Origin: an uncultured bacterium
Lineage (GTDB): Bacteria > Patescibacteriota > Saccharimonadia > UBA4664
Assembly (NCBI GenBank): GCA_963720265.1
Contig: CAVRET010000002.1
Location: 328,704 to 392,703, forward strand
Reading direction: 5' to 3'
DNA length: 64,000 nucleotides
Positions 50,887 to 60,199 of this stretch are shown here, in pieces (position 1 is the stretch's first letter; each line of letters opens with the position of its first letter). Position numbers and translations under genes: made by a program. Below the pieces are notes generated by a model that saw only the letters and a list, made by a program, of their open reading frames with translations, did no database searches and was not told the DNA's origin.

Positions 50887-50931
50887 GTCTCCATTATTGT
50901 CCTAACCAGGTAAAAACACGAATACCCGCCC

Positions 50932-52020
50932 ATGCGTACGCTACTCATCATCCTCAGCAGTCTTCTCGCTCTCGGTGCGGGCGTGCCATATATCGTCGAC
51001 GTCATCAAGGGCAAGACCAAACCCCGGCTCGTCTCTTGGTTCACCTGGACTGGGCTCATGGCGGTGTCGGCCACGGCATCGCTCACTCAGGGCCAAATTC
51101 CGGCCGCTGCTTTTGGTTACAGCATTGCGCTCCAATGCCTGGCCGTAGTGGTACTTGGCTTTCGTAATGGCACTCGGGAGTTTGAGTTGCTCGACGCCGT
51201 CTGTCTGGGCGGTGCCAACCTGGGGCTTATTAGCCTGGTTATATTCCATGCGCCAAATCTGACCATCTTCCTTACCATTGTCACCGACTTCACGGGAGCG
51301 ATTCCCACTATCAGGCACGCGTGGCGGCGCCCCTATGAGGAAACGATGAGCAGCTATGTACTTGAAGCTATCGGCTGTGGGATTACCCTGCTGCTTGCCA
51401 ATTTTCACGCTCTCACATCATTTGGCGTACCGCTCTATCTTTTTCTATGTGATGCCCTGATAGTCGAAATCATGCTGCTCAGTCCCAAACGTCGCCTGCA
51501 GCCCGCTCCTGTGGCGCAGTACGGTTTGAACCCGCAGCCAAATGGGCAGGGGTGGCTTAACCGGCCAGTTACCGTCACGTTTGCGGGTAGTGACGCCACC
51601 GGCCTCGCTGCCTGCAGCCAGCCTGTCACCTTGAAGCTCGACGGCGCTGGGCAGGCCGTTACCGGACGTGTCACCAATCGTACCGGGGTTTCAACCGACA
51701 TCACCGCTTGGGTCAATGTTGACCAGTCTCCGCCGGTGCTCGGCCATCCAAATTGGTCAACCAACCCAGTGGCGCGCGGCGTCCCCACCACCCTCGCGGT
51801 GCCCGTGACCGACCACGTATCCGGCGTGAGCCAGGGGGAGTATGTCAGCGATCCCAATGTCGAACCGGGACAGGGGACGCCAATGACGATACAGCCAGGG
51901 CAGCTCGTTGCGGCCGTCAACACCAAGCTGGCTCCGGGTCGGTACCCAATCGGCATTCGCGCCAAAGACGCGGCCGGCAACTGGAGCCAACTCGCCTTCG
52001 CTACACTCTATATCGATTAA
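50932..52020 (+). CDS. Membrane protein (5-6 TM) with C-terminal extracytoplasmic beta-rich domain
   Basis: Hydrophobic N-terminal half, hydrophilic C-terminal 180 aa. Confidence 0.35.
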   Translation: MRTLLIILSSLLALGAGVPYIVDVIKGKTKPRLVSWFTWTGLMAVSATASLTQGQIPAAAFGYSIALQCLAVVVLGFRNGTREFELLDAVCLGGANLGLISLVIFHAPNLTIFLTIVTDFTGAIPTIRHAWRRPYEETMSSYVLEAIGCGITLLLANFHALTSFGVPLYLFLCDALIVEIMLLSPKRRLQPAPVAQYGLNPQPNGQGWLNRPVTVTFAGSDATGLAACSQPVTLKLDGAGQAVTGRVTNRTGVSTDITAWVNVDQSPPVLGHPNWSTNPVARGVPTTLAVPVTDHVSGVSQGEYVSDPNVEPGQGTPMTIQPGQLVAAVNTKLAPGRYPIGIRAKDAAGNWSQLAFATLYID

Positions 52021-52066
52021 GATCTAATCAAGTATTTTTCAGCTCGAAAATGATACGCTATAAGGA

Positions 52067-53404
52067 ATGAAGCGCAGAGGCTTAGCCGTTTGGCGGCAAA
52101 TTTGGTATCTTTTGTATGCCTTAGGCATTGTCGCCATCGGCCTGTTTTGGTGGCATGCCTCCGGCCATCGCACCACTGCCGCGACGCCGTCAATTGAGGT
52201 CGCCATCGGCAACCTCACCGGCCTGGTTGGCACCTATGCCATTCTGTGGCAGCTGGTGTTGCTCAGCCGGCTCGTGCCACTCGAATCAGCCTTCGGTCTC
52301 GAACAACTCACCTGGCTGCATAAATGGAACGGCTACCTCGCGCTCACGCTCATTCTCGCGCACACGCTATTTCTCACCTTAGGCTTTGCCGCCCCCGACC
52401 ACTTGTCGTTCGTCGGCCAATTCATGAGCTTTCTGCTGACATGGCAGGACGTGCTCAAAGCCACGGTTGGCACCGTGCTGCTCATTGTGGTAGTGTGCAT
52501 CTCAATCGGCATTGTCCGGCGCGGGTTTAAATATGAGACCTGGTACTACACCCACTTGCTTACCTATCTGGCAATTTTGCTTGCCTTTAGTCATCAATTT
52601 TCCGTTGGTCTCGATTTCGAAAATGCCCCGGCCTTTCGCCTCTACTGGTATGCTCTCTATGTGCTGGCTGTTGGCGCCATCGGCTGGTTTCGCTTTGTGG
52701 TGCCACTGTGGCAGCTGTGGTACTTTCGCCTGCGGGTGGAACGCATTGAGCCGGCCAACGCATCTGCCAACTCCATCTACATTACTGGCCGCCATCTCGA
52801 CAAATTTCACTTTGAACCCGGCCAATTCTTGATCTGGCGCTTTTTAGATAAAGATCATTGGTGGCAGGCTCACCCGTTCTCAATCTCAATGGCGCCCAAT
52901 GGCCAGCACCTCAGGCTCACGGCCAAAGCCGTCGGCGACTTCACGCGCACACTGCCAAACATTAAGCCGGGCACCCTTATCGCCACTGACGGACCGCACG
53001 GTAACTTCACGCTTAGCCGCGCGGGCGGTAACAAGCTATTGTTCATCGCCGGCGGCATCGGCATCACACCCATCCGCTCCATGCTCGAGCACCTTCCCAA
53101 ACAGGTGGACGCCGTTGTCTTATACGCCGTCCGCACGAAAGGGGAGTTTGCATTTACCAATGAACTAGACAAGCTCACCACCAGGCCCGGCGTCAGTCTG
53201 CATTATGTTATCAGCGATGAAAAAGTACCGGGCATGACCCACGGCCTGGTCACAACCAAAGTACTGCATGCTCTCGTTCCCGAACTCGCCGACCGCGAAG
53301 TCTTACTCTGTGGGCCGCCGGCAATGATGGATCATGTTACCAAACACCTTATCGCCGTCGGCGTGCCCCACCGCCACATTCACACCGAGCGCTTTGCCTA
53401 TTAA
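52067..53404 (+). CDS. Ferric-reductase/NOX-like flavocytochrome (6-TM heme domain + FAD + NAD(P)H binding)
   Basis: His-containing TM pairs, 'HPFSIS' FAD motif, 'LLFIAGGIGITPIRSML' NAD-binding. Confidence 0.7.
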   Translation: MKRRGLAVWRQIWYLLYALGIVAIGLFWWHASGHRTTAATPSIEVAIGNLTGLVGTYAILWQLVLLSRLVPLESAFGLEQLTWLHKWNGYLALTLILAHTLFLTLGFAAPDHLSFVGQFMSFLLTWQDVLKATVGTVLLIVVVCISIGIVRRGFKYETWYYTHLLTYLAILLAFSHQFSVGLDFENAPAFRLYWYALYVLAVGAIGWFRFVVPLWQLWYFRLRVERIEPANASANSIYITGRHLDKFHFEPGQFLIWRFLDKDHWWQAHPFSISMAPNGQHLRLTAKAVGDFTRTLPNIKPGTLIATDGPHGNFTLSRAGGNKLLFIAGGIGITPIRSMLEHLPKQVDAVVLYAVRTKGEFAFTNELDKLTTRPGVSLHYVISDEKVPGMTHGLVTTKVLHALVPELADREVLLCGPPAMMDHVTKHLIAVGVPHRHIHTERFAY

Positions 53405-53416
53405 TGCGCGTGCTAG

Positions 53417-54157
53417 CTAAAGGTATTGTTCAAGCCTGGGCGTAAGTGTGGCCCGTCCACTGTGGTCGATCACGTAGGCCTCTAGGTCCGGCTGCTGGGC
53501 GATCCATGCAGCGGCCCGCGTCCCCATGGCAAACGCCGCCGTCGCCGCCACGTCCACCCAGGTAATACGCGGACCAACCACGGTTACACTTGCAACTTCA
53601 CCGGTCGCGTGCCCGGTTTTGGGGTCGTAAATATGCGCGCCACGCTCGTAGTTGCCTGACGTTGCCACTGCCTGGCCGCGCACATGTAACACTTTCACGA
53701 TCTCAGCCGGCCGTTCCGGGTTACGTATGCCGACCCGCCATGGTTTACCCTTAGTATTCTTTCCCCCGGTCTGAATGTCGCCGCCGGCTTCGATGCAATA
53801 ATCATGCAATGCTCGCCGCTCCAGCTGCTCGGCCGCCCGTTCAATCGCCCAGCCTTTCACATATCCGCTGGGGTCCAGCCGGCCGTCGGGGCGCTGCATG
53901 TCAAAAAAACCGTCGGTGACCCCCTTCATCGCCTTACCGGCCGCCAGTACTTCGCGGACTTCGTTTGGCGCCTCGCCGAGACGGATCTGCCCTTCGCGCA
54001 GCCGGCTAATTACACTGTAGGCCTTGAACGGGCTATACGTGCGATCAACTTCGCCAAACCATGCAAACACCGCCTCAATCGCCGCCTCGGCTGTGTCACT
54101 TTCGGCCGCGACCTCCACAGTCACCGGCATCCCCATTACCAGCTCGGTGCGCTTCAC
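53417..54157 (-). CDS. apbE: FAD:protein FMN transferase (ApbE family)
   Basis: 'KGWAIERAAEQL','EAGGDIQTGG','PWRVGIRNP','AVATSGNYERG','HIYDPKTG' ApbE conserved blocks. Confidence 0.8.
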   Translation of the reverse strand: MKRTELVMGMPVTVEVAAESDTAEAAIEAVFAWFGEVDRTYSPFKAYSVISRLREGQIRLGEAPNEVREVLAAGKAMKGVTDGFFDMQRPDGRLDPSGYVKGWAIERAAEQLERRALHDYCIEAGGDIQTGGKNTKGKPWRVGIRNPERPAEIVKVLHVRGQAVATSGNYERGAHIYDPKTGHATGEVASVTVVGPRITWVDVAATAAFAMGTRAAAWIAQQPDLEAYVIDHSGRATLTPRLEQYL

Positions 54158-54625
54158 TTACGCCTGGGCTTGGGTCAAAGCCGCACTCAAGGATTGCTCA
54201 AACGCTTCGCTCGTCTGCGTTGCTCCTGACACCGTATCCACCTGTGCGCTCTGGGCTTGCACTGCTTCTTGCAACAGTTGCGGCTGCGCCGAGGCCGTTA
54301 CCACGCTCGAATTCCCGCCACTCGGCATTTGCAAAAAGTTAATACTGGTGAGCTTGCCGCCGGCCACCACGGCCTGCACTTGTACCGTGCCAAAGTTGAT
54401 ATTAACCGCCTGGCCGGTGTAGCTGCCGTCTTTGAGCGTAGTCGCGCTACTTGAGCTCGTGCTGCTAGAACTACTCGGACTGGCGCTCGCACTAGGCGTT
54501 ACTTGTGCCACTACCGGGCTTTTAGGTTTAGTGCCAACAGTGCTAGCCTTCGGGTGAAACGACAGCAACGCAATCAAGCCGCCTACACCCACCAACACAA
54601 CGATAATAAGTAAAGTCCGCTTCAT
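54158..54625 (-). CDS. Membrane-anchored FMN-binding domain protein (flavinylation substrate)
   Basis: TM anchor, Ser/Thr linker, 'DGSYTGQAVN...VDTVSGATQTSEAF' FMN_bind motif with target Thr. Confidence 0.7.
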   Translation of the reverse strand: MKRTLLIIVVLVGVGGLIALLSFHPKASTVGTKPKSPVVAQVTPSASASPSSSSSTSSSSATTLKDGSYTGQAVNINFGTVQVQAVVAGGKLTSINFLQMPSGGNSSVVTASAQPQLLQEAVQAQSAQVDTVSGATQTSEAFEQSLSAALTQAQA

Positions 54626-54683
54626 AATTTATAGCTTAAGCCCCCTTTCTGAGAATGTCTTGAAATATGACCGCGATACGTGC

Positions 54684-55328
54684 TTAGTCCTCAAGGATCT
54701 CCACTGCGCCGCTCGCCTCAGGCACGAGCCGCGAATGGATGACATAGCGCAATCGGGTTTCACCGGTGGTAGCAATGTGCAAGATTTGCCGAGTCAGCTC
54801 CGCACTCTCGCCTGCACCCAAGCGCGAAAATTTGGCCGCCAGCGTCTGCCGGCCAACGCGAATATTGCGCCGTACAAACCCGGTGAACGCAGGCCACACC
54901 GGCTGCGACGGCGTTACCGGCACGGCTGTGGCGTCAAGTCGCTCCGGCCGCTCCGGAGCGCGCCGCGCCTGATGAATCGTACCGTCCTCCACATGCACGG
55001 TTATCTCGATGTCGGCGTCCGAATCGCGGCCCAGATTACTAACAAAAATCTTAAACGGTACCAAGCCGTCCGCCAGTTCCCGTTCATAGCGTTCAAGCTC
55101 ATGCTCGTAATGAGTCAATGCTCGCTCGTAAGCTTGCCAATCCTGCTGGCGAAACACCCCGATCCCGCTTACTTTCACCGGCCGCCAGGTCCGCCACGAA
55201 TCACCGGTAATCTTCTCAAGCTGTTCAGCAATCCGTTGCCGCTCCAGCTTCAAAAACTGCCGTTCACTCTCGAGATTCGGCTCTTCGATCTTTAGCTCAA
55301 CCGCATATTGAACATCCGACTCTTGCAT
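54684..55328 (-). CDS. Hypothetical protein, charged/coiled-coil rich
   Basis: ORF with ordinary composition, no motif. Confidence 0.3.
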   Translation of the reverse strand: MQESDVQYAVELKIEEPNLESERQFLKLERQRIAEQLEKITGDSWRTWRPVKVSGIGVFRQQDWQAYERALTHYEHELERYERELADGLVPFKIFVSNLGRDSDADIEITVHVEDGTIHQARRAPERPERLDATAVPVTPSQPVWPAFTGFVRRNIRVGRQTLAAKFSRLGAGESAELTRQILHIATTGETRLRYVIHSRLVPEASGAVEILED

Positions 55329-55371
55329 ACCACAACCATTTTACCACCTAACGGTACAGTATAATCGGGCA

Positions 55372-56151
55372 ATGAATACCATCACTGGTTTTACTTCTGT
55401 CAAAGGCGGCCGCCTCTACCACAAAACCACCGGTCCTGGCGAACCGGTCGTGTTTATCCACGGTTTCACACTCGACCACCGCATGTGGCAGCCGCAGGTC
55501 GCATTTTTTAGCCCTCATTATCAAGTCATAACCTATGATGCTCGCGGCTTCGGTCGGTCGTCGTTGCCCACGGACCCTTATAACCATCACGACGACTTGG
55601 CCTTGCTATTGCAACACCTCGGCATCAAAGCGGCGCACGTCATTGGCCTCTCCATGGGTGGTCGCATCACCGTTAATTTCGCACTCGAACACCCGGAGAT
55701 GGTCCGTTCACTAGCCCTACTCGACGCCGCCCTCGACGGCTACGCCGACACTGTGGATTGGAATGTGCACGCGAAGACCCAAGGCCTTGAGCAAGCCAGG
55801 CGCAATTGGCTTGGTCACGAACTCTTCGCCGCTACAAGGCAGAATCCCGCCGCCATGGCCAGAATAAATCCAATCATCGCCGACTACTCTGGCTGGCACT
55901 GGCTGCACCACGATCCGCAAGCACCCAGCAACACCCACGCCAAGCAGCGTCTGCCCGAAATCCAAACCCCCACATCCGTCGTGGTCGGCGAACACGATCT
56001 CACGTATTTTCACAATATCGCCGACTCACTCGCCTCCGGCATTCTCCACTCACACAAGGAAGTAATCCCAAATGTCGGGCACATGGTTAATCTCGAGGCA
56101 CCAGACCTCGTAAACCAGTTATTGCTAAACCATCTCGAGCAACGGCAGTAA
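55372..56151 (+). CDS. Alpha/beta-fold hydrolase
   Basis: 'VFIHGFTLDHRMW','GLSMGG' nucleophile elbow, C-terminal His. Confidence 0.7.
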   Translation: MNTITGFTSVKGGRLYHKTTGPGEPVVFIHGFTLDHRMWQPQVAFFSPHYQVITYDARGFGRSSLPTDPYNHHDDLALLLQHLGIKAAHVIGLSMGGRITVNFALEHPEMVRSLALLDAALDGYADTVDWNVHAKTQGLEQARRNWLGHELFAATRQNPAAMARINPIIADYSGWHWLHHDPQAPSNTHAKQRLPEIQTPTSVVVGEHDLTYFHNIADSLASGILHSHKEVIPNVGHMVNLEAPDLVNQLLLNHLEQRQ

Positions 56152-56157
56152 AATGAG

Positions 56158-56409
56158 TTATTTTAGCTGACCAAGAGCGCTATACGTGGCCACCTGGCAG
56201 TAATTGCACATAATATGATATCGCTCGTGCCGTCCACGCACGCGCTTCAGTCCGCCCATGGTCTGAAACGTCCAATCGGCACAGCCGCGCTGCCATTCCT
56301 CATTTCTGGGATCGGTTAACAAGCCCGCCACCAGGTACATACCCTGCACTGCGAGCGCTAACATCAATAGATCAATCACAAACGTTTGCATGAATCTCCT
56401 CCACCTCAA
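56158..56409 (-). CDS. Small membrane protein
   Basis: Two TM segments, 83 aa. Confidence 0.25.
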   Translation of the reverse strand: MRWRRFMQTFVIDLLMLALAVQGMYLVAGLLTDPRNEEWQRGCADWTFQTMGGLKRVRGRHERYHIMCNYCQVATYSALGQLK

Positions 56410-56528
56410 GTGGACGTAGAATAGGTATTATAACACAAAATATCAAAAAACACAATGGATACCTCATCAAATGAAAACCCGTCCTTTCTAACCGGGTTTC
56501 CGAGTAGTAGAGACGGGTTGTTGCGGCG

Positions 56529-57263
56529 CTAGTTTGCGGCGATGGCCTGCAGCCAGCGCAGGGCCACGTTCGCCAAGCTGGCCCGGGCGTCGTCGAGGTA
56601 CCTGCGGGCGGTTCTCTCACCGACGAACAGGATCGCCGTCAGGTCGCTGAGCTGTCGCACCGGCTGGTCCTCGCCCAGTGCGAACCGCAACTGTACCGCC
56701 TGAAGCCGGTTCGAACTGAGGTGGGCCAGGCCCAGGAGAGCATTCAGGTGGGCAAGGTCGGGTGCGAGCGCCCGCACGAGCTGGCGCCTATCGGTGTTCT
56801 GGTCGTCCCAGCCCTTCAGCGCCCACTGGAACAGTGCGAGCACATTGTCGTCCCGGTAAACATCGCCGGCCAGCGGCGGCGTCCGCGGTGCAAGGTCGTG
56901 GGCCAGATCAACGAATGTTTGCGTACAGGAAAACTCCCCGCGCACGCGCACAAGAAATCCGCGCTGAACCAGACTGCTCAGGCTGGCGGCCGGCAGATCA
57001 CTGCTCCGGCCGATATGCTGGATCACGTAACTGGCCAGCTCGGACACCGTAAACGGCGCCCAGCCGGTAGCCCGAAACTGCATGAGCGCGATAATCCAGG
57101 CCGCGGCCCGACCCTCGCCGTGTTCGCCGAAGAAAACGTCGAACAGGCGGCCGACATTCGGCCCTTCGATGTTAAGTGAACCCGGCTGTATCAGGTAATC
57201 CCGGGCCACGGCAATCGGCACGACACCCTGATCGTTCAAGACCCCTCCTCGGGTAGATCGCAA
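56529..57263 (-). CDS. Hypothetical protein
   Basis: ORF with ordinary composition; hairpin AACCCGTC...GACGGGTT just downstream of stop. Confidence 0.3.
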   Translation of the reverse strand: MRSTRGGVLNDQGVVPIAVARDYLIQPGSLNIEGPNVGRLFDVFFGEHGEGRAAAWIIALMQFRATGWAPFTVSELASYVIQHIGRSSDLPAASLSSLVQRGFLVRVRGEFSCTQTFVDLAHDLAPRTPPLAGDVYRDDNVLALFQWALKGWDDQNTDRRQLVRALAPDLAHLNALLGLAHLSSNRLQAVQLRFALGEDQPVRQLSDLTAILFVGERTARRYLDDARASLANVALRWLQAIAAN

Positions 57264-57336
57264 GTATCAATACAGGATTATTGAAACATTAACACAAAAA
57301 TACAAAAAAGCAATCCAAACCATAGGCGAGTGTACC

Positions 57337-57654
57337 GTGATGCCACGTAGACGTGCTATAATGGCGTGGTTAAGGAAAAGGTTAATGGCCAGACAAACTT
57401 TTAAGTCTCTTGAACCTGAGATCAGGTCAGCGATAGACGCGATAATAATAAAGCCTGATTTTCCTAGAGACCCCAAAGGCTACACCCTCATAGAGGGATT
57501 TGTGCATCAATTTGTTCAGGACGCTACAGGTTCTGGAGTGCCGATAGCACTAGCGGGTCAAGTAATGCCAGTCGTTTCCATCATAGGAAATTCAACGGGC
57601 CGAGTTTTCTACTTCAATGTTAAGTTTTTACTTCCGAAAGTGAAATTCGAGTAA
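57337..57654 (+). CDS. Hypothetical small protein in AT-rich islet
   Basis: GC drop to ~40%; ORF abuts next gene (ATG overlaps stop). Confidence 0.25.
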   Translation: MMPRRRAIMAWLRKRLMARQTFKSLEPEIRSAIDAIIIKPDFPRDPKGYTLIEGFVHQFVQDATGSGVPIALAGQVMPVVSIIGNSTGRVFYFNVKFLLPKVKFE

Positions 57655-58079
57655 TGGCCGAGAATCAACGCATTACAAAAACCAGCAAACTAGATAAGGG
57701 CGGTAAGCAGCTTGATCAGGATCTGGTAAACGAGCTACTCGCCAAAGTTTCAAGGCTGGACAATGTAAAAGAAGAGTTTTTGGGAATATTCGGCCTTTTC
57801 GCTGCATTGTTGATCTTCACCTCAGTTGAAGTAAAAGTGTTTCAAGATGTTACTCGTTTTTCTCTAATTGTCGGCATCAGTTCATTTTTCGTTGCTACGC
57901 TTATGCTTTTCGTACTAACGCTTAATAACGTTATACATAGGAGAGCATGGAGCGATTTCTGGTCAGCGGCATCGGTTTTATCTGTTATATTCTTGGTTAT
58001 CTCGGGGGAAGCCTTTTGGTGGGCCACACACTTTGGCCACATTCTGTTACTGATATGGAACGTCAAAATCGTTAGCTGA
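57654..58079 (+). CDS. Hypothetical 3-TM membrane protein in AT-rich islet
   Basis: Translationally coupled to 57337..57654. Confidence 0.3.
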   Translation: MAENQRITKTSKLDKGGKQLDQDLVNELLAKVSRLDNVKEEFLGIFGLFAALLIFTSVEVKVFQDVTRFSLIVGISSFFVATLMLFVLTLNNVIHRRAWSDFWSAASVLSVIFLVISGEAFWWATHFGHILLLIWNVKIVS

Positions 58080-58089
58080 CATGAGCGTA

Positions 58090-59014
58090 TACTCTACCTA
58101 TGACCGACGAACCTAAACACCCATTCAAGAAATTTATTGAATTGGCCTCGAAGCCGCTTCCATCAGAAGAGGAAGCACGGCGGCGTGACGATGGTTATAC
58201 CGATACTCAAACTCGTTTACGTAAAGCTGAAGATACTTCGGGCTCACAGCGTGATACGTCCCGTCCAGACTCCGCTTCATCTGACTCCAAAACCCCTCAA
58301 TAGTGTTGGTTGTAACTGAGTCACGGCCATACTCGTGTTTGCTGTGGTTAATGGCCTCGTGTACGCGCTTGCGTGACACGTGCTTGTAAATCGGGCTTTC
58401 GTCGGTATGCAACTCGGCCTCCGGCGCAACGTTGCCCTCAATAAACCGTTCAGCCGCGACGCGCCCCACCTGCTTAGTGACCTGGGCCTCAACGCGACCG
58501 CCGCGCTCGACTGCACCCATGACGGCGGTTTTCTTAACCCAACGCCAATCTTGGCCACGGCGCTTGCCGCCCACGTACGTTTCGTCCATCTCGACAATGC
58601 CGGTTAAATTTACGTTGTGCTCGTCCATCATCTTGCGGATTTGTTTGGCGATACGCCACGCCGTCTTGTAAGTCACGTTAAGGTGCCGTTCAAGTTCCTT
58701 GGCCGCTACACCGTTCTTGCTGTTACTGAATAGGTAGATAGCGAAAAACCACTTCGTAAGCGGCGTGGCTGACTTGTGAAAGATCGTGCCGCTCAACGGG
58801 TACAGCTCAAAGGCACAGTGAGCGCACTTGTAATATTTGCGTGTCTTAATCCGGTAGAACTTGCCCTTGGTGCCGCACGAGGGGCAATACTCTAAATGAC
58901 CGTAGCGGTTTTGAAAGATGTATTCGAGGCAAACATCATCATTCGGGAACTCGGTTTTGAGCATATCGTAGGTGTATAACGGCGTTTTCATACATCTATT
59001 CTACTCCACCTATA
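58090..59014. mobile_element. IS1595-family insertion sequence (approximate bounds)
   Basis: Transposase gene flanked by imperfect 12-bp direct repeat TACTC(T/C)ACCTAT at 58090-58101 and 59003-59014; terminal IRs not resolved. Confidence 0.55.
58134..58991 (-). CDS. IS1595-family (ISXO2-like) DDE transposase with N-terminal zinc ribbon
   Basis: 'CPSCGTKGKFYRIKTRKYYKCAHC', 'VEMDETYVGGK', 'NTIEGFWSQMKRSL' hallmark motifs. Confidence 0.85.
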   Translation of the reverse strand: MKTPLYTYDMLKTEFPNDDVCLEYIFQNRYGHLEYCPSCGTKGKFYRIKTRKYYKCAHCAFELYPLSGTIFHKSATPLTKWFFAIYLFSNSKNGVAAKELERHLNVTYKTAWRIAKQIRKMMDEHNVNLTGIVEMDETYVGGKRRGQDWRWVKKTAVMGAVERGGRVEAQVTKQVGRVAAERFIEGNVAPEAELHTDESPIYKHVSRKRVHEAINHSKHEYGRDSVTTNTIEGFWSQMKRSLDGTYHAVSPKYLQLYVNEFEYRYNHRHAAVLPLLMEAASRPIQ

Positions 59015-59644
59015 CGTGGTGTCAAGGGATACTCACCAAACCATAAACCCAAAAGCAGCAGGCCCCACCGAGAATTGGCAGGGCCCCGCTGGGTCGCGGC
59101 TGCCGCCCTCAATGGGGCTAACTCGTGCGAACTGCGCGCCGAGCAATCAGAAATCGAACTGGCCCGTAACATTGGTCCAGGCTGTTATCGGCTCCGGCTT
59201 TGCCCTCGGTGCGCAGTGCCTGTCCGAGTGATCTACATTTACATAGCTGCGTGGTTTGACGAGCGCCAGCTGGTCAAAAACCTCTCCGAGCTGGTCGGTA
59301 AAGGCGGTGTTTTGGAACATGCGCTCTGCCTTACGCAGACCGGTGTGGGGGTTGGCAACCACCATGCGGGCATTGCCACTGGCGCTCTGGAAAGCTCTAA
59401 GTCCGTATGCCTGCAGGCCAAACGACAGCTGCGTCCGCCAACGGCTCGGCACACTGGGCATTAATTGCTTTTGTATACGAGTACGGATACCCCGTACAAT
59501 ATTGGGTGACGACATATTTGTTTTCCTGTTTGTTTTGAAGTGGACAGAAAACAGTGTGTCGTCTTTTTAGTTGCAGCTCAAGCAAGTGTGGGGTGGTTCA
59601 GAGAATAAACCTGTAGTTTTGTTACATTTATATCAATAATGTAA

Positions 59645-59926
59645 ATGAAGATCGGCTCGCCAAGGGCAAAAGCTTATATGGGTTACAGTAAAAAATGTAC
59701 AGGAACAGTTATGAATAATACGAAAAAAATTAACTCCGAAGTAAAATGTGTTTACGTTGTCTGCGTATTAGTTGCTGAGTTTGCAGGATTTGCAATTATT
59801 AGAACAAACGGTAGCCTGATTGTGGCCGGTCTTGTAGGCGGCGGAGCAGCCTTAGTGGCTGCCGTCGTTACCAAGCTTATAGCCAGGGCAAGAGGTATGG
59901 ATTTTTACTCCAAAAGTCACAAGTGA
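59645..59926 (+). CDS. Small membrane protein in AT-rich segment
   Basis: Weak; AT-rich, two hydrophobic stretches. Confidence 0.2.
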   Translation: MKIGSPRAKAYMGYSKKCTGTVMNNTKKINSEVKCVYVVCVLVAEFAGFAIIRTNGSLIVAGLVGGGAALVAAVVTKLIARARGMDFYSKSHK

Positions 59927-60048
59927 ATACTGGATCACAATGTCTTTGGAGCGAGACGCCCAAATACGCTGGCCCGAAAGCCCGCATTTAGTCTCAAATA
60001 AAATAGATGAAAATCGAAAACAGCCTAATAAAGCCACCATAATGCTTA

Positions 60049-60124
60049 TGGTAGGCCCGCCTGGATTCGAACCAGGGACCAACACCTTATAAGAGTGTCG
60101 CTCTAACCGCTGAGCTACGGGCCC
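60049..60124 (-). tRNA. tRNA-Ile with anticodon TAT (UAU), CCA encoded
   Basis: Hand-folded cloverleaf: acceptor GGGCCCG/CGGGCCT, anticodon arm ACACT-CTTATAA-GGTGT, T-loop GGTTCGAATCC. Confidence 0.75.
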
Positions 60125-60199
60125 GTGAAAAGCAAAATTGTCGCCCCCGTATATTATACGAGCCCAAGCGCTAACGCGAGCCCTGATATACTTGGGGTA

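Noticed and set aside
56420-56530. Possible riboswitch or structured RNA between 56409 and 56529
   Set aside because: Only a single hairpin (AACCCGTC...GACGGGTT) is seen. It is best explained as the terminator of the minus-strand gene 56529..57263.
59075-59515. Overlapping ORFs 59075..59464(+) and 59147..59515(-) as a possible transposase or integrase remnant
   Set aside because: There are no recognisable catalytic motifs and the two frames overlap each other. They are recorded only as possible debris next to the IS element.
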